The notes: generated by a model not told the origin, from the letters alone. A stretch of DNA of 64,000 nucleotides from Ignavibacterium sp. (GCF_037440165.1 NZ_JBBIUQ010000015.1:12491-76490), one strand, 5' to 3'; shown: positions 46,386 to 55,179, numbered from the stretch's first letter. Made by a program: numbers and translations.

Positions 46386-46838
46386 ATGAAAATGTTTTAC
46401 GAGATACCAAATGACGAACCTATATATCCGATAAGCACAGCTGCTAAACTGCTTAACATTTCAGTTCATACATTGAGAATGTATGAAAAAGAAAAGCTCA
46501 TTATTCCATTCAAGAAGAACACAAATCACCGGTTGTACTCAGCCTCTGATATTGAAAGATTAAAATGCATTCGTAACGCAATCAATGAATCCAAGATTAG
46601 TATTAATGGAATTAAAACTATTTACTCTATGATGCCTTGTTGGGAATTCATTGGATGTTCAGAGGAAGAAAGAAATTATTGTCCTGCTTACTCATCTCAC
46701 AGCGAACCATGTTGGGCTGTAAAAGGAGAAAACACAATTTGTTCAAAAAAAGAATGCAGAAATTGTGATGTTTACAATAAATTCAGTGAATGTTCAAATA
46801 TTAAAAGCTTCATAAAAAATTTATCGAGGGTTAAATGA
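46386..46838 (+). CDS. MerR-family transcriptional regulator with C-terminal Cys-rich (two-CW-like) domain
   Basis: HTH YPISTAAKLLNISVHTLRMYEKEKLIIP...RLYSASDIERLKCI. The C-terminal CWEFIGCSEEERNYCPAYSSHSEPCWAVKGENTICSKKECRNCDVY has 8 Cys. Alternative starts at 46350 and 46392. ATGA overlap with the next gene. Confidence 0.8.
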   Translation: MKMFYEIPNDEPIYPISTAAKLLNISVHTLRMYEKEKLIIPFKKNTNHRLYSASDIERLKCIRNAINESKISINGIKTIYSMMPCWEFIGCSEEERNYCPAYSSHSEPCWAVKGENTICSKKECRNCDVYNKFSECSNIKSFIKNLSRVK

Positions 46839-49039
46839 ACTCAATTTCCAGAAGAAGATTTTTGAAAATATCAAGTGCTACCATTGCAACAGCAGCCATT
46901 CTGACTGGTGCAACTAAAACTTTTGTTAAAGGTGCAGATAAAATCAATAAAGAAAAAGTTAAGGGAATTCAAAAAATTCCAACTTATTGCGATTTGTGCT
47001 TTTGGAAATGTGGTGCAATTGCTTATGTGAAAGATGGTGAATTGTGGAAGTTGGAAGGAAATCCATTAGATCCTTTAAGTAAAGGAAGACTTTGTCCAAG
47101 AGGAACCGGAGGAGTAGGAGCTCATTATGATGAAGAGAGACTGAAAGCTCCGCTGATCAGAAAGAGTCTTCGTGGTGAAGAAAAATGGGTTGAAGTTACC
47201 TGGGATGAAGCTTTTGATTTTATAGCAAACAAAATGAACAAAATAAAAATTGAATACGGACCTGAATCAGTTGCTTTATTTAGTCATGGAATTGGTGGAA
47301 ATTTTATTAAACATCTTTTGAGAGCATACGGAAGTCCTAATGAAACAGCTCCATCATTCGCACAATGCCGTGGACCAAGAGAAGTTGGGTTCGAATTAAC
47401 ATTTGGAGATGTTGTAGGTTCACCTGAAAAAACGGATATTGAAAATGCAAAATGCCTTGTGTTGATTGGTTCTCACCTCGGTGAGAATATGCACAACACT
47501 CAGGTTCAGGAATTTTCTCACGCAGTTCAGAAAGGTGCATCAATAATAGTTGTTGATCCGAGATTTTCAGTTGCTGCAAGTAAAGCCAAATTTTATCTGC
47601 CAATAAAACCTGGAACTGATTTAGCATTACTGTTAGCTTGGATGGGAGTAATTGTCAGAGAAAAACTTTATGATGTTGAATATGTTAACAATTATGGTTA
47701 TGGCTTCGACAAGTTTGCTGCAGAAGTTTCTCAATACACACCTGAATGGGCTTATATTGAAACAGGTATTGATCCTGATATAATTGTTGAAACAGCTCGT
47801 GAGATGGCTAGATATAAACCTTCAACTTTAATTCATCCGGGAAGACATGTTACCTGGTATGGAGATGATGCTCAGAGAAGCAGAGCAATTGCATTATTAA
47901 ATGCACTTCTTGGAAGCTGGGGAAGAAAAGGTGGATTTTATGTTCCGTACTCTTATTCAATTCCAAAATATCCTTATCCGCCTTATCCTGAACTGAAGAA
48001 AGAACCATTAGATAATCCAAATGGAAAGTTTCCATTTGCCACAGGAGAGCAAATTTCAACTGGAATTCGTGAAGCTACAATAACAGGTCAACCTTATCCG
48101 ATCAAAGGATGGTTTATCTACGGAACAAATCTTTTGCAAGCATTACCAAACAGAGCTGAAACAATTAAAGCAATACAAAACCTTGACTTAATGGTAGTTG
48201 TTGATGTTGTTCCAAGTGAAATAGCCGGATGGGCAGATGTTGTTTTACCTGAATCAGTTTACCTCGAAAGACATGATGATTTAAATACCTCTCCGTTCAG
48301 AGAGGGTTTTGTCGGAATTCGTCAACCAGTTATTGATGAACCAAATGATCAAAAACCAAATTGGTGGATAGCAAAGAAGCTAGCAGATAAACTCGGACTT
48401 GGTCAGTACTTTCCTTGGAATGATGTTGAAGAATATCTCGATACAAGATTGAAGGCAGCCGGATTATCTCTTGATGAATTAAAGAAAACAGGAATTATCA
48501 AAGCACCTGAAAGACCAATTTATTTTGAAGACGGAGTAGAACCTGAGTTTCTGACTCCATCAGGAAAGATTGAATTTTATTCAGATCAGCTTGTGGAAGC
48601 AGGATTTGATCCAATTCCAAGATACACAAAACACGACCAGCCGCCGGAAGGATATTTCAGACTTCTTTATGGAAGAGCTCCTGTTCACACTTTCAGTAAA
48701 ACACAATCAAATCCTTTATTGCGTGATATGATGAGTGAAAATGAACTTTGGATAAATGCAGATGTTGTTGCAAAAATCGGATTGAGAAACGGACAGAAAG
48801 TAATTCTAAAAAATCAGGATGGCGTTACAAGTGATCCAATCAAAATAAAAGCTACTGAAAGAATCAGAAAAGATTGTGTTTATATGGTTCACGGATTCGG
48901 ACAGAAATCAAGACAGCTTCGTTCGACCTATAAAAAAGGTGCAAGCGATGCTGAACTAATTACTAAATACAATACTGATCCTTTAATGGGAGGAACAGCA
49001 ATGAATGTAAATTTTGTAACTATTGAGTCGGAGGTGTAA
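46835..49039 (+). CDS. Molybdopterin oxidoreductase catalytic subunit, PsrA/PhsA-like (polysulfide/thiosulfate reductase type), Tat-exported
   Basis: Twin-arginine signal SRRRFLKISSATIATAA. N-terminal [4Fe-4S] motif CDLCFWKCG...LCPRG. 734 aa. Followed by PsrB-like and NrfD-like genes. Confidence 0.8.
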   Translation: MNSISRRRFLKISSATIATAAILTGATKTFVKGADKINKEKVKGIQKIPTYCDLCFWKCGAIAYVKDGELWKLEGNPLDPLSKGRLCPRGTGGVGAHYDEERLKAPLIRKSLRGEEKWVEVTWDEAFDFIANKMNKIKIEYGPESVALFSHGIGGNFIKHLLRAYGSPNETAPSFAQCRGPREVGFELTFGDVVGSPEKTDIENAKCLVLIGSHLGENMHNTQVQEFSHAVQKGASIIVVDPRFSVAASKAKFYLPIKPGTDLALLLAWMGVIVREKLYDVEYVNNYGYGFDKFAAEVSQYTPEWAYIETGIDPDIIVETAREMARYKPSTLIHPGRHVTWYGDDAQRSRAIALLNALLGSWGRKGGFYVPYSYSIPKYPYPPYPELKKEPLDNPNGKFPFATGEQISTGIREATITGQPYPIKGWFIYGTNLLQALPNRAETIKAIQNLDLMVVVDVVPSEIAGWADVVLPESVYLERHDDLNTSPFREGFVGIRQPVIDEPNDQKPNWWIAKKLADKLGLGQYFPWNDVEEYLDTRLKAAGLSLDELKKTGIIKAPERPIYFEDGVEPEFLTPSGKIEFYSDQLVEAGFDPIPRYTKHDQPPEGYFRLLYGRAPVHTFSKTQSNPLLRDMMSENELWINADVVAKIGLRNGQKVILKNQDGVTSDPIKIKATERIRKDCVYMVHGFGQKSRQLRSTYKKGASDAELITKYNTDPLMGGTAMNVNFVTIESEV

Positions 49040-49040
49040 A

Positions 49041-49580
49041 ATGCCAAGATACGGAATGGTAATAGATACAAAAAAATGTGTTGGATGTCAGGATTGTGTT
49101 GTTGCATGCAAAACAGAAAACAACATTCCTGAAGGATATAATCGTGATTGGATTGTAACGGAAGTAAAAGGAAAATTTCCGACAGTCCAAATGGAAATCA
49201 GAACTGAAAGATGCAATCACTGTTCTAATACACCTTGTGTTTCGTGTTGCCCAACCGGTGCAAGTCACATTCACGAGTTTGGCGGAATTGTGTTGGTTGA
49301 TCACGAAATGTGCATAGGATGTAAAGCATGTGTGGTAGCTTGTCCTTACGATGCAAGATATATTCATCCTGATGGATATGCGGACAAATGCACATTCTGT
49401 ATCCATCGTGTTGAGAAAGGACAAAATCCTGCTTGTGTAGAAGTTTGTCCTACACACTGTATGTACTTCGGTGATCTTGATGATCCTAACAGCGAAGTAA
49501 ACAAACTTCTGAATTCCAGAAAATGGCATGTAAATTTACCTGACGCTGGTACTGAACCAAATATTTTTTATTTAATCTGA
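49041..49580 (+). CDS. 4Fe-4S ferredoxin-type electron-transfer subunit (PsrB/NrfC-like)
   Basis: Four Cys clusters: CVGCQDCVVAC, CNHCSNTPCVSCCP, CIGCKACVVACP, and CTFCIHR...CVEVCP. ATG at 49041 is preceded by GGAGGTG. Confidence 0.9.
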   Translation: MPRYGMVIDTKKCVGCQDCVVACKTENNIPEGYNRDWIVTEVKGKFPTVQMEIRTERCNHCSNTPCVSCCPTGASHIHEFGGIVLVDHEMCIGCKACVVACPYDARYIHPDGYADKCTFCIHRVEKGQNPACVEVCPTHCMYFGDLDDPNSEVNKLLNSRKWHVNLPDAGTEPNIFYLI

Positions 49581-49592
49581 GGATAATTCGAA

Positions 49593-50558
49593 ATGATTTT
49601 AGCAAAACAAATAATTGAAATAACTACAACACGAAACAATCCACATATAGATCCATTTATGGCAATGTGGGAATGGCAAATTCCAGTTTATCTCTTTCTA
49701 GGTGGAATGGTTGCCGGAATGATGATTATTTCTGGTCATTTTATTTTCAGTAACCGATATAAAGTTACTAACTGCGCTTGCTTTTCAATCCCATTCACTA
49801 GTTTGATTTTAATCAGTGCGGGAATGTTTGCATTGTTTTTAGACCTTGCACACAAACCTTATGTGTGGCGACTTTATACAACATTCCAGATTAAATCACC
49901 GATGTCCTGGGGTGCATGGATTTTAATACTCATTTATCCGGCTTTGATAGCAAACATTCTAATGAAACCATCACCCTGGATGTTAAAATACATTCCAAAA
50001 CTTTCAGATATATCCGCAAAGATTTACCAGCATCCTTTCTTAGTAAAGAATATTGGTGTTTTGAATATGCTTTTCGGTTTAATGCTCGGTGCATATACAG
50101 GAGTATTATTAAGCAGTATGGGTTCTAGACCTTTGTGGAATACATCTTTGCTGTGGGTTTTATTTCTTACATCAGGATTGTCAACCGCAGCAGCTTATGT
50201 TCATCTTGTTGCAAAAAACAAAGAGGAAAGTGAATTACTCGCAAAAGCTGATAATGGCTTAATTACACTCGAGCTTTTCATTTTTGTGATGATGTTTCTT
50301 GGATTGCTTTCTTCAGCAAAACCTCATATTGAAGCAGCACAATTATTACTTACAGGTTCGTATGCACCTGCTTTCTGGGTTTTTGTAATCGGATTAGGTT
50401 TAGTTATTCCATTAATCATTCAGTTACTTGCGGTAAATCATAAAATCAAACATACTCCGATAGCACCAATCCTGGTGATATTGGGAGGTTTAATTCTCAG
50501 ATTCATAATTGTTGAAGCTGGTCAATACAGTCATTGGTTCAATGCACATTTTAAATAA
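49593..50558 (+). CDS. NrfD/PsrC-family integral membrane quinol-interacting subunit
   Basis: 321 aa with about 8 TM helices. Position after the A and B subunits. WEWQIPVYLFLGGMVAG is typical of the NrfD family. Confidence 0.8.
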   Translation: MILAKQIIEITTTRNNPHIDPFMAMWEWQIPVYLFLGGMVAGMMIISGHFIFSNRYKVTNCACFSIPFTSLILISAGMFALFLDLAHKPYVWRLYTTFQIKSPMSWGAWILILIYPALIANILMKPSPWMLKYIPKLSDISAKIYQHPFLVKNIGVLNMLFGLMLGAYTGVLLSSMGSRPLWNTSLLWVLFLTSGLSTAAAYVHLVAKNKEESELLAKADNGLITLELFIFVMMFLGLLSSAKPHIEAAQLLLTGSYAPAFWVFVIGLGLVIPLIIQLLAVNHKIKHTPIAPILVILGGLILRFIIVEAGQYSHWFNAHFK

Positions 50559-50570
50559 CGGAGAAAATTT

Positions 50571-51146
50571 ATGACGACTTTAGTTAAAAAAATTTCCAGT
50601 GTATTTGAAAAGGATAAAGAAGTTGTTGAGGTTAATGCTAAACCATATTCGAATCCTTATCTCACTGGAATTGGATTAGGACTTGTTCTGCTTGCTGCCT
50701 TTGTAATTATGGGCAGAGGTCTTGGTGCTTCCGGTGCAATGTCAACTCTTGTTGCCGTTGGTGTAAATACTGTAGCACCTGAACACACGCAGTCAAATCC
50801 TTTTTATTCAGAATATCTTGGAGATGAAACTAACAATCCTCTCAAAGACTGGTTAGTATTTGAAGTTTTAGGAGTTCTTGCTGGTGGTTTTTTATCAGGA
50901 TCACTTGCAGGTAGAGTTAAGAAAGGAATTGAAAAAGGCCCGAACATCACTTCACGAAAGCGCTTACTGTATGCTTTCGTTGGCGGCAGTTTAATGGGAA
51001 TTGGAGCCAAACTCGCAAGAGGATGTACGAGTGGTCAGGCACTTACCGGCGGTGCTCTGCTCAATCTTGGTAGCTGGGCTTTTATGATGATGGTTTTTGC
51101 CGGAGGTTATGCAGCAGCTTACTTTTTAAGGAGACAGTGGTTATGA
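50571..51146 (+). CDS. YeeE/YedE-family sulfur-compound transport membrane protein (half 1)
   Basis: Conserved loop ARGCTSGQALTGG with Gly-rich TM helices. Confidence 0.75.
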   Translation: MTTLVKKISSVFEKDKEVVEVNAKPYSNPYLTGIGLGLVLLAAFVIMGRGLGASGAMSTLVAVGVNTVAPEHTQSNPFYSEYLGDETNNPLKDWLVFEVLGVLAGGFLSGSLAGRVKKGIEKGPNITSRKRLLYAFVGGSLMGIGAKLARGCTSGQALTGGALLNLGSWAFMMMVFAGGYAAAYFLRRQWL

Positions 51147-51748
51147 ACGCACCATTTTATAAATTCGGTTTATTCAACTTTGATGTTAGCTTAATCATTG
51201 CTTTCATCATTGGTATTGGTTTCGGATTCGCTCTTGAAAGAGGTGGATTCGGAAGTGCAAGAATATTAGCAGCGCAATTTTATTTTTCAAACATGCGTGT
51301 TCTTAAAGTTATGTTTACAGCTATTGTTACAGCAATGCTTGGAGTTTATTATTTATCAGTTATTGGTTTTGTTGATTTATCACTCATCTACATAAGTGAA
51401 ACCTATATTCTTCCTCAAGTCCTTGGCGGATTAATTTTAGGAATTGGCTTTGTAATCGGTGGTTATTGTCCCGGAACTTCAGTGGTATCATTTGCAACCG
51501 GAAAACTTGATGGTCTTGTATATATCCTTGGAGTAATGTTTGGGATTTTTGTATTCGGTGAAATCTTTCCTTTCATCACTGATTTCTATAACTCAACAAA
51601 TATGGGCAGTGTAACTCTTCCGCAATTCTTTCATTTATCATATGGGATGGTAGTATTTCTTGTTGTAATTATGGCAATCGGGGCGTTCGCATTAGCTGAA
51701 TGGAGTGAAAGAAAATTTGCTCACAGAAATCCGGAGAAACAGTTATGA
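51137..51748 (+). CDS. YeeE/YedE-family sulfur-compound transport membrane protein (half 2)
   Basis: Conserved loop GGYCPGTS. 10-nt overlap with the previous gene. Confidence 0.75.
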   Translation: MVMNAPFYKFGLFNFDVSLIIAFIIGIGFGFALERGGFGSARILAAQFYFSNMRVLKVMFTAIVTAMLGVYYLSVIGFVDLSLIYISETYILPQVLGGLILGIGFVIGGYCPGTSVVSFATGKLDGLVYILGVMFGIFVFGEIFPFITDFYNSTNMGSVTLPQFFHLSYGMVVFLVVIMAIGAFALAEWSERKFAHRNPEKQL

Positions 51749-52422
51749 AAAAAATATTTTCTGAACTCGATTTAAAGTATAAACTTGCAATAATTGCAGT
51801 GTTGCTTGGTGTGGTTGCATTATTTGCCGGCGATCCTTACGGAGGAACATCAATAAAAGTTAATGCAAAGGATCTTGCATTAAGTACTGCCAAGAATTCT
51901 GATAAAATAAATCCGTCAGATTTAGCTGATTGGATTATTCAGGGTAAAGCAGATTATATTCTCGTTGATCTTCGATCACCTGATAAATTTTCCGAATACA
52001 CTTTACCCGAAGCGGAGAATATCCCGCTTGTTGAATTACCAAATTCAGATTTGCTGAGAAATCAGAAAATCATTCTTTTCGCTGATGATGAGGTTGTCGC
52101 TGCGCAAGGTTGGTTTATACTTAAAGCAAAAAATTATAAATCTGTTTACATACTCGAAGGCGGATTAACTGGATGGAAAGACAAAGTCGTTTTTCCTAAA
52201 GTTCCAGCAAATCCAACTAAAGATGAATTAGCCAAGCTAGAAAAGATGAGAGCAGTTGCACAGTATTTTGGAGGTGACCTTGTAACATCATCAGGCACAA
52301 CTGAGACTAATCAGGATATCAAATTACCTTCAAAAACTTCAATTGTTCCGCAAACTACACAGCCTAAAACGGGAGGAGGAAAGGTATCTGCACCGAAAAA
52401 GAAAAAGAGAGAAGGTTGCTAA
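51745..52422 (+). CDS. Membrane-anchored rhodanese-like domain protein lacking the active-site Cys, with Lys-rich tail ending in Cys
   Basis: N-terminal TM. Rhodanese-like fold segments YILVDLRSPDKFSEYTLPEAENIP and YILEGGLTGW. The active-site loop position reads ILFADDEVVAAQG (no Cys). C-terminus GGGKVSAPKKKKREGC. Confidence 0.7.
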   Translation: MKKIFSELDLKYKLAIIAVLLGVVALFAGDPYGGTSIKVNAKDLALSTAKNSDKINPSDLADWIIQGKADYILVDLRSPDKFSEYTLPEAENIPLVELPNSDLLRNQKIILFADDEVVAAQGWFILKAKNYKSVYILEGGLTGWKDKVVFPKVPANPTKDELAKLEKMRAVAQYFGGDLVTSSGTTETNQDIKLPSKTSIVPQTTQPKTGGGKVSAPKKKKREGC

Positions 52423-52452
52423 AACTTCAAATTAAAATCATAGGAGAAAAAA

Positions 52453-53718
52453 ATGAAAAAAATATCTTTAGTTCTGTTTGTCTTGTCCACATTCATATTC
52501 CAAACAACATATGCAACAGATGGATATTTCCGTAATGGTTACGGGATAAAATATTCAGCCCTTGCCGGTTCAGGTGTTGCTGTATCTTTAAGTTCTTTAG
52601 GAGCTGTAACAAATCCAGCATCTATCATCAATGTAAACAATTCCGTAGAACTGAATATCTCTTTATTCAGTCCAATGCGCGATTATACAATTTCTGGAAA
52701 TCCAAGTGGATTTCCACAAACATTCGGATTAACTCCGGGGAAAATCGAAAGTGATAAAAACCTTTTTTTCTTTCCATCAATTGGATTAAAGAGAAGTATT
52801 GGAAACAATATGGCAATCGCTCTTTCAATCTATGGAAATGGAGGAATGAATACAGATTATCCTGCACAAACATTTTATGAAAGCTCCTCACCTAATACTG
52901 GTGTAAATCTTGAACAGATGTTTGCAAATCTGACTTACGCGGTTCAGTTCACAAAAGGTCATTCTATTGGTTTAGCAGGAATATTTGGCTGGCAGAGATT
53001 TGCCGCTAAAGGTTTAGCAGCTTTCAGCCCGTTTTCAAGTGATCCGGCAAATTTATCCGGTAATTCTTGGTCAACTTCAACCGGATTTGGTTTTAAGGTT
53101 GGTTATCAGGGAGTATTAACTGAATGGTTAAGCTTTGGTGCAGCTTATCAATCAAAAATTAATATGAATGAATTTGAAAGATATGCTGGTCTATTTGCTG
53201 AGAAAGGTGATTTTGATATTCCCGCTAATTGGACCGCAGGAATTGCAGTATCTCCAACAAGAGACTGGACATTTTTACTTGATGTTAAGCAGATTCTTTA
53301 TAGTGGAATTAAATCTGTTAATAATCCATTATTACCAAATTTACAAACCAGTCAGTTAGGCAAAGACGATGGAGCCGGGTTTGGTTGGAAAGATATCACT
53401 GCTGTAAAATTTGGTGTTATGTATAAAGCTATTGAAAATTATACTCTGATGGCTGGATATTCTTACAGTGACAATCCAATAAAAGAATCAGAAGTTTTAT
53501 TTAATATTCTTGCCCCTGCAGTTATTCAGCATCATATCACTGCTGGAGTTACAAGAAAAATCAGTGAGGATAGCGATTTATCATTAGCATTTATGTATGC
53601 TTTAAATAACAGTGTTAAAGGTTCCAATCCTCTTGAAGCACCTGGACAACAATCAATTGAAATTGCAATGCGTCAATGGCAAATTGAAATTGGCTATTCG
53701 TTCTGCTTGATAAAATAG
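52453..53718 (+). CDS. FadL/TodX/OmpP1-family outer-membrane hydrophobic-compound channel
   Basis: Signal peptide. Mature N-terminus ATDGYFRNGYGIKYSALAGSGVA. 14-strand-like alternating pattern. 421 aa. Confidence 0.65.
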   Translation: MKKISLVLFVLSTFIFQTTYATDGYFRNGYGIKYSALAGSGVAVSLSSLGAVTNPASIINVNNSVELNISLFSPMRDYTISGNPSGFPQTFGLTPGKIESDKNLFFFPSIGLKRSIGNNMAIALSIYGNGGMNTDYPAQTFYESSSPNTGVNLEQMFANLTYAVQFTKGHSIGLAGIFGWQRFAAKGLAAFSPFSSDPANLSGNSWSTSTGFGFKVGYQGVLTEWLSFGAAYQSKINMNEFERYAGLFAEKGDFDIPANWTAGIAVSPTRDWTFLLDVKQILYSGIKSVNNPLLPNLQTSQLGKDDGAGFGWKDITAVKFGVMYKAIENYTLMAGYSYSDNPIKESEVLFNILAPAVIQHHITAGVTRKISEDSDLSLAFMYALNNSVKGSNPLEAPGQQSIEIAMRQWQIEIGYSFCLIK

Positions 53719-53732
53719 CAAATAGTATAATT

Positions 53733-53772
53733 AAAATGGCATCTCGTTAATGAGGTGCCATTTTTATTTTTT
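53733..53772. terminator. Hairpin terminator between convergent genes
   Basis: ATGGCATCTC / GAGGTGCCAT stem (one G:U pair) with a 6-nt loop, followed by TTTTTATTTTTT on the plus strand. Confidence 0.65.
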
Positions 53773-54078
53773 ATCGATTATATCCTCAACCCAACTTAAT
53801 GCCGCCATTGTTGACGGTAACCCAAGAGTAGGAAGTGCCAACATAATTGTCTGTTTAATTTCCTCTTTTGTGCAACCGGATTCTAATGCTTTTCTTGTGT
53901 GAGAGTGAACAGCACCTTCAAGCCGGGCTCCGGTTGAGATTGCAAGTTTTATAAGCGCTCTCGTTTTATTATCAAGAGGACCAGCACTATGAACTGCATT
54001 ACCAAGCATTTCATATGCTTTTGAAATTTCAGGAAATTCTTTCTGAAATTTCTCAAATCTTTTTGGAATATCTGACAT
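53764..54078 (-). CDS. Carboxymuconolactone decarboxylase (AhpD-like) family protein
   Basis: 104 aa. Pattern LDNKTRALIKLAISTGARLEGAVHSHTRKALESGCTKEEIKQTIMLA matches the CMD-domain layout. Confidence 0.7.
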   Translation of the reverse strand: MSDIPKRFEKFQKEFPEISKAYEMLGNAVHSAGPLDNKTRALIKLAISTGARLEGAVHSHTRKALESGCTKEEIKQTIMLALPTLGLPSTMAALSWVEDIIDKK

Positions 54079-54120
54079 ATTTGATTCTCCTTCGATTGGT
54101 TGAAATAATATTTAGAAAAA

Positions 54121-55179
54121 TTAATAGCTCAAAAGTAGATAATAAAAAGATCTTGATAAAAATAATTTAATTCTTCTGATGCCTTTATCTGATTGAGATT
54201 CCTTCCAGCAATACGCCACAATTTTTCTGAATTGAGGGAACAATTCTATCATTTCATTTATTTCTGTTGAGTGCTTTGATTTATTCTTTTCTAAAAATTT
54301 CTGAAAAATTTTTCTCACAACAGGAGCTAATACTGCATACCATAAAATTGTTAAAGAAATTGCTCTTATTATCATTATCAGAATTTCAAATCTGGTATCA
54401 TTCAGCTCAGGAGAAACAAACGAAATAAATAATGAAGATAATGAGAATAGTATAATCAAAATACCTGTAGGTCTTAACAACCAGACTTTCTGTTTTCTTT
54501 TCTTTTCCTTTTTAGGAAGATTATCATCATCATGATTTATATTAATTTTTGGAAGCGATTTTGAAAAATATTCTATCTTTTCAGGTAATTTGCCTGCATA
54601 TAATCCTGCAATTACTCCGATAACTAAATGAATTGAAATATATACTAATATCAGTATTAAACTATAATTTATTCCATTTTCTATTCCAAGTACAGAAAAA
54701 TCTCTTACAACACTTTGAGTGAAAATGTTGATAGATTTCCACAAGGTATTACCAAATAATACTGTGAGTACTATAATTTTTTGAATTCCTGAAAACAACA
54801 AAGTTAAAATTCCAAGAATTAATGCAGATACTTTAAAGAATTTTTTGTTATAGAATAGAATAAATCCAATAAATCCCTGAATTGATACAGCAAGATAAGC
54901 CGTCAGAGGAGAATGCGGACTTACAATTGCTTTTACCAAAATAACTATCAAAGTTGATTTCAGAACCTCTTTACTTCGCTTAGAAAATAAGCCAATCAGC
55001 GAAATGAACAAAACTGAAGCTGCATTAATGAATGCTCCTCTGAGCGGAATCGATAATGCATGGAGAATTCCACCCAAAGTAGCTTCACTAAATGCCCAAA
55101 GTGCCGTAATTCTTGCAACCGGTATTTGTATTAAACTCTGACTTTCAATTGCTTTGATTGTGCTGAGAACTTCTTTCAT
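54121..55179 (-). CDS. Integral membrane protein of unknown function
   Basis: 352 aa with about 8 hydrophobic helices split by a charged loop (HDDDNLPKKEKKRKQK). No motif recognised. Confidence 0.5.
   Translation of the reverse strand: MKEVLSTIKAIESQSLIQIPVARITALWAFSEATLGGILHALSIPLRGAFINAASVLFISLIGLFSKRSKEVLKSTLIVILVKAIVSPHSPLTAYLAVSIQGFIGFILFYNKKFFKVSALILGILTLLFSGIQKIIVLTVLFGNTLWKSINIFTQSVVRDFSVLGIENGINYSLILILVYISIHLVIGVIAGLYAGKLPEKIEYFSKSLPKININHDDDNLPKKEKKRKQKVWLLRPTGILIILFSLSSLFISFVSPELNDTRFEILIMIIRAISLTILWYAVLAPVVRKIFQKFLEKNKSKHSTEINEMIELFPQFRKIVAYCWKESQSDKGIRRIKLFLSRSFYYLLLSY

Noticed and set aside
46835-49039. Calling the molybdoenzyme specifically arsenate reductase (ArrA) or tetrathionate reductase (TtrA)
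   Set aside because: Its size (734 aa) and the NrfD-type anchor plus YeeE/YedE and rhodanese neighbours fit Psr/Phs-type enzymes better. ArrA and TtrA are larger and have different partners. I cannot assign the clade without a phylogeny, so only the family-level call is reported.
49020-49529. 169-aa ORF on the minus strand overlapping the PsrB-like gene
   Set aside because: The plus-strand frame carries four canonical ferredoxin Cys clusters and an RBS. The antisense product is Cys/Thr/Phe-rich mirror sequence without motifs.
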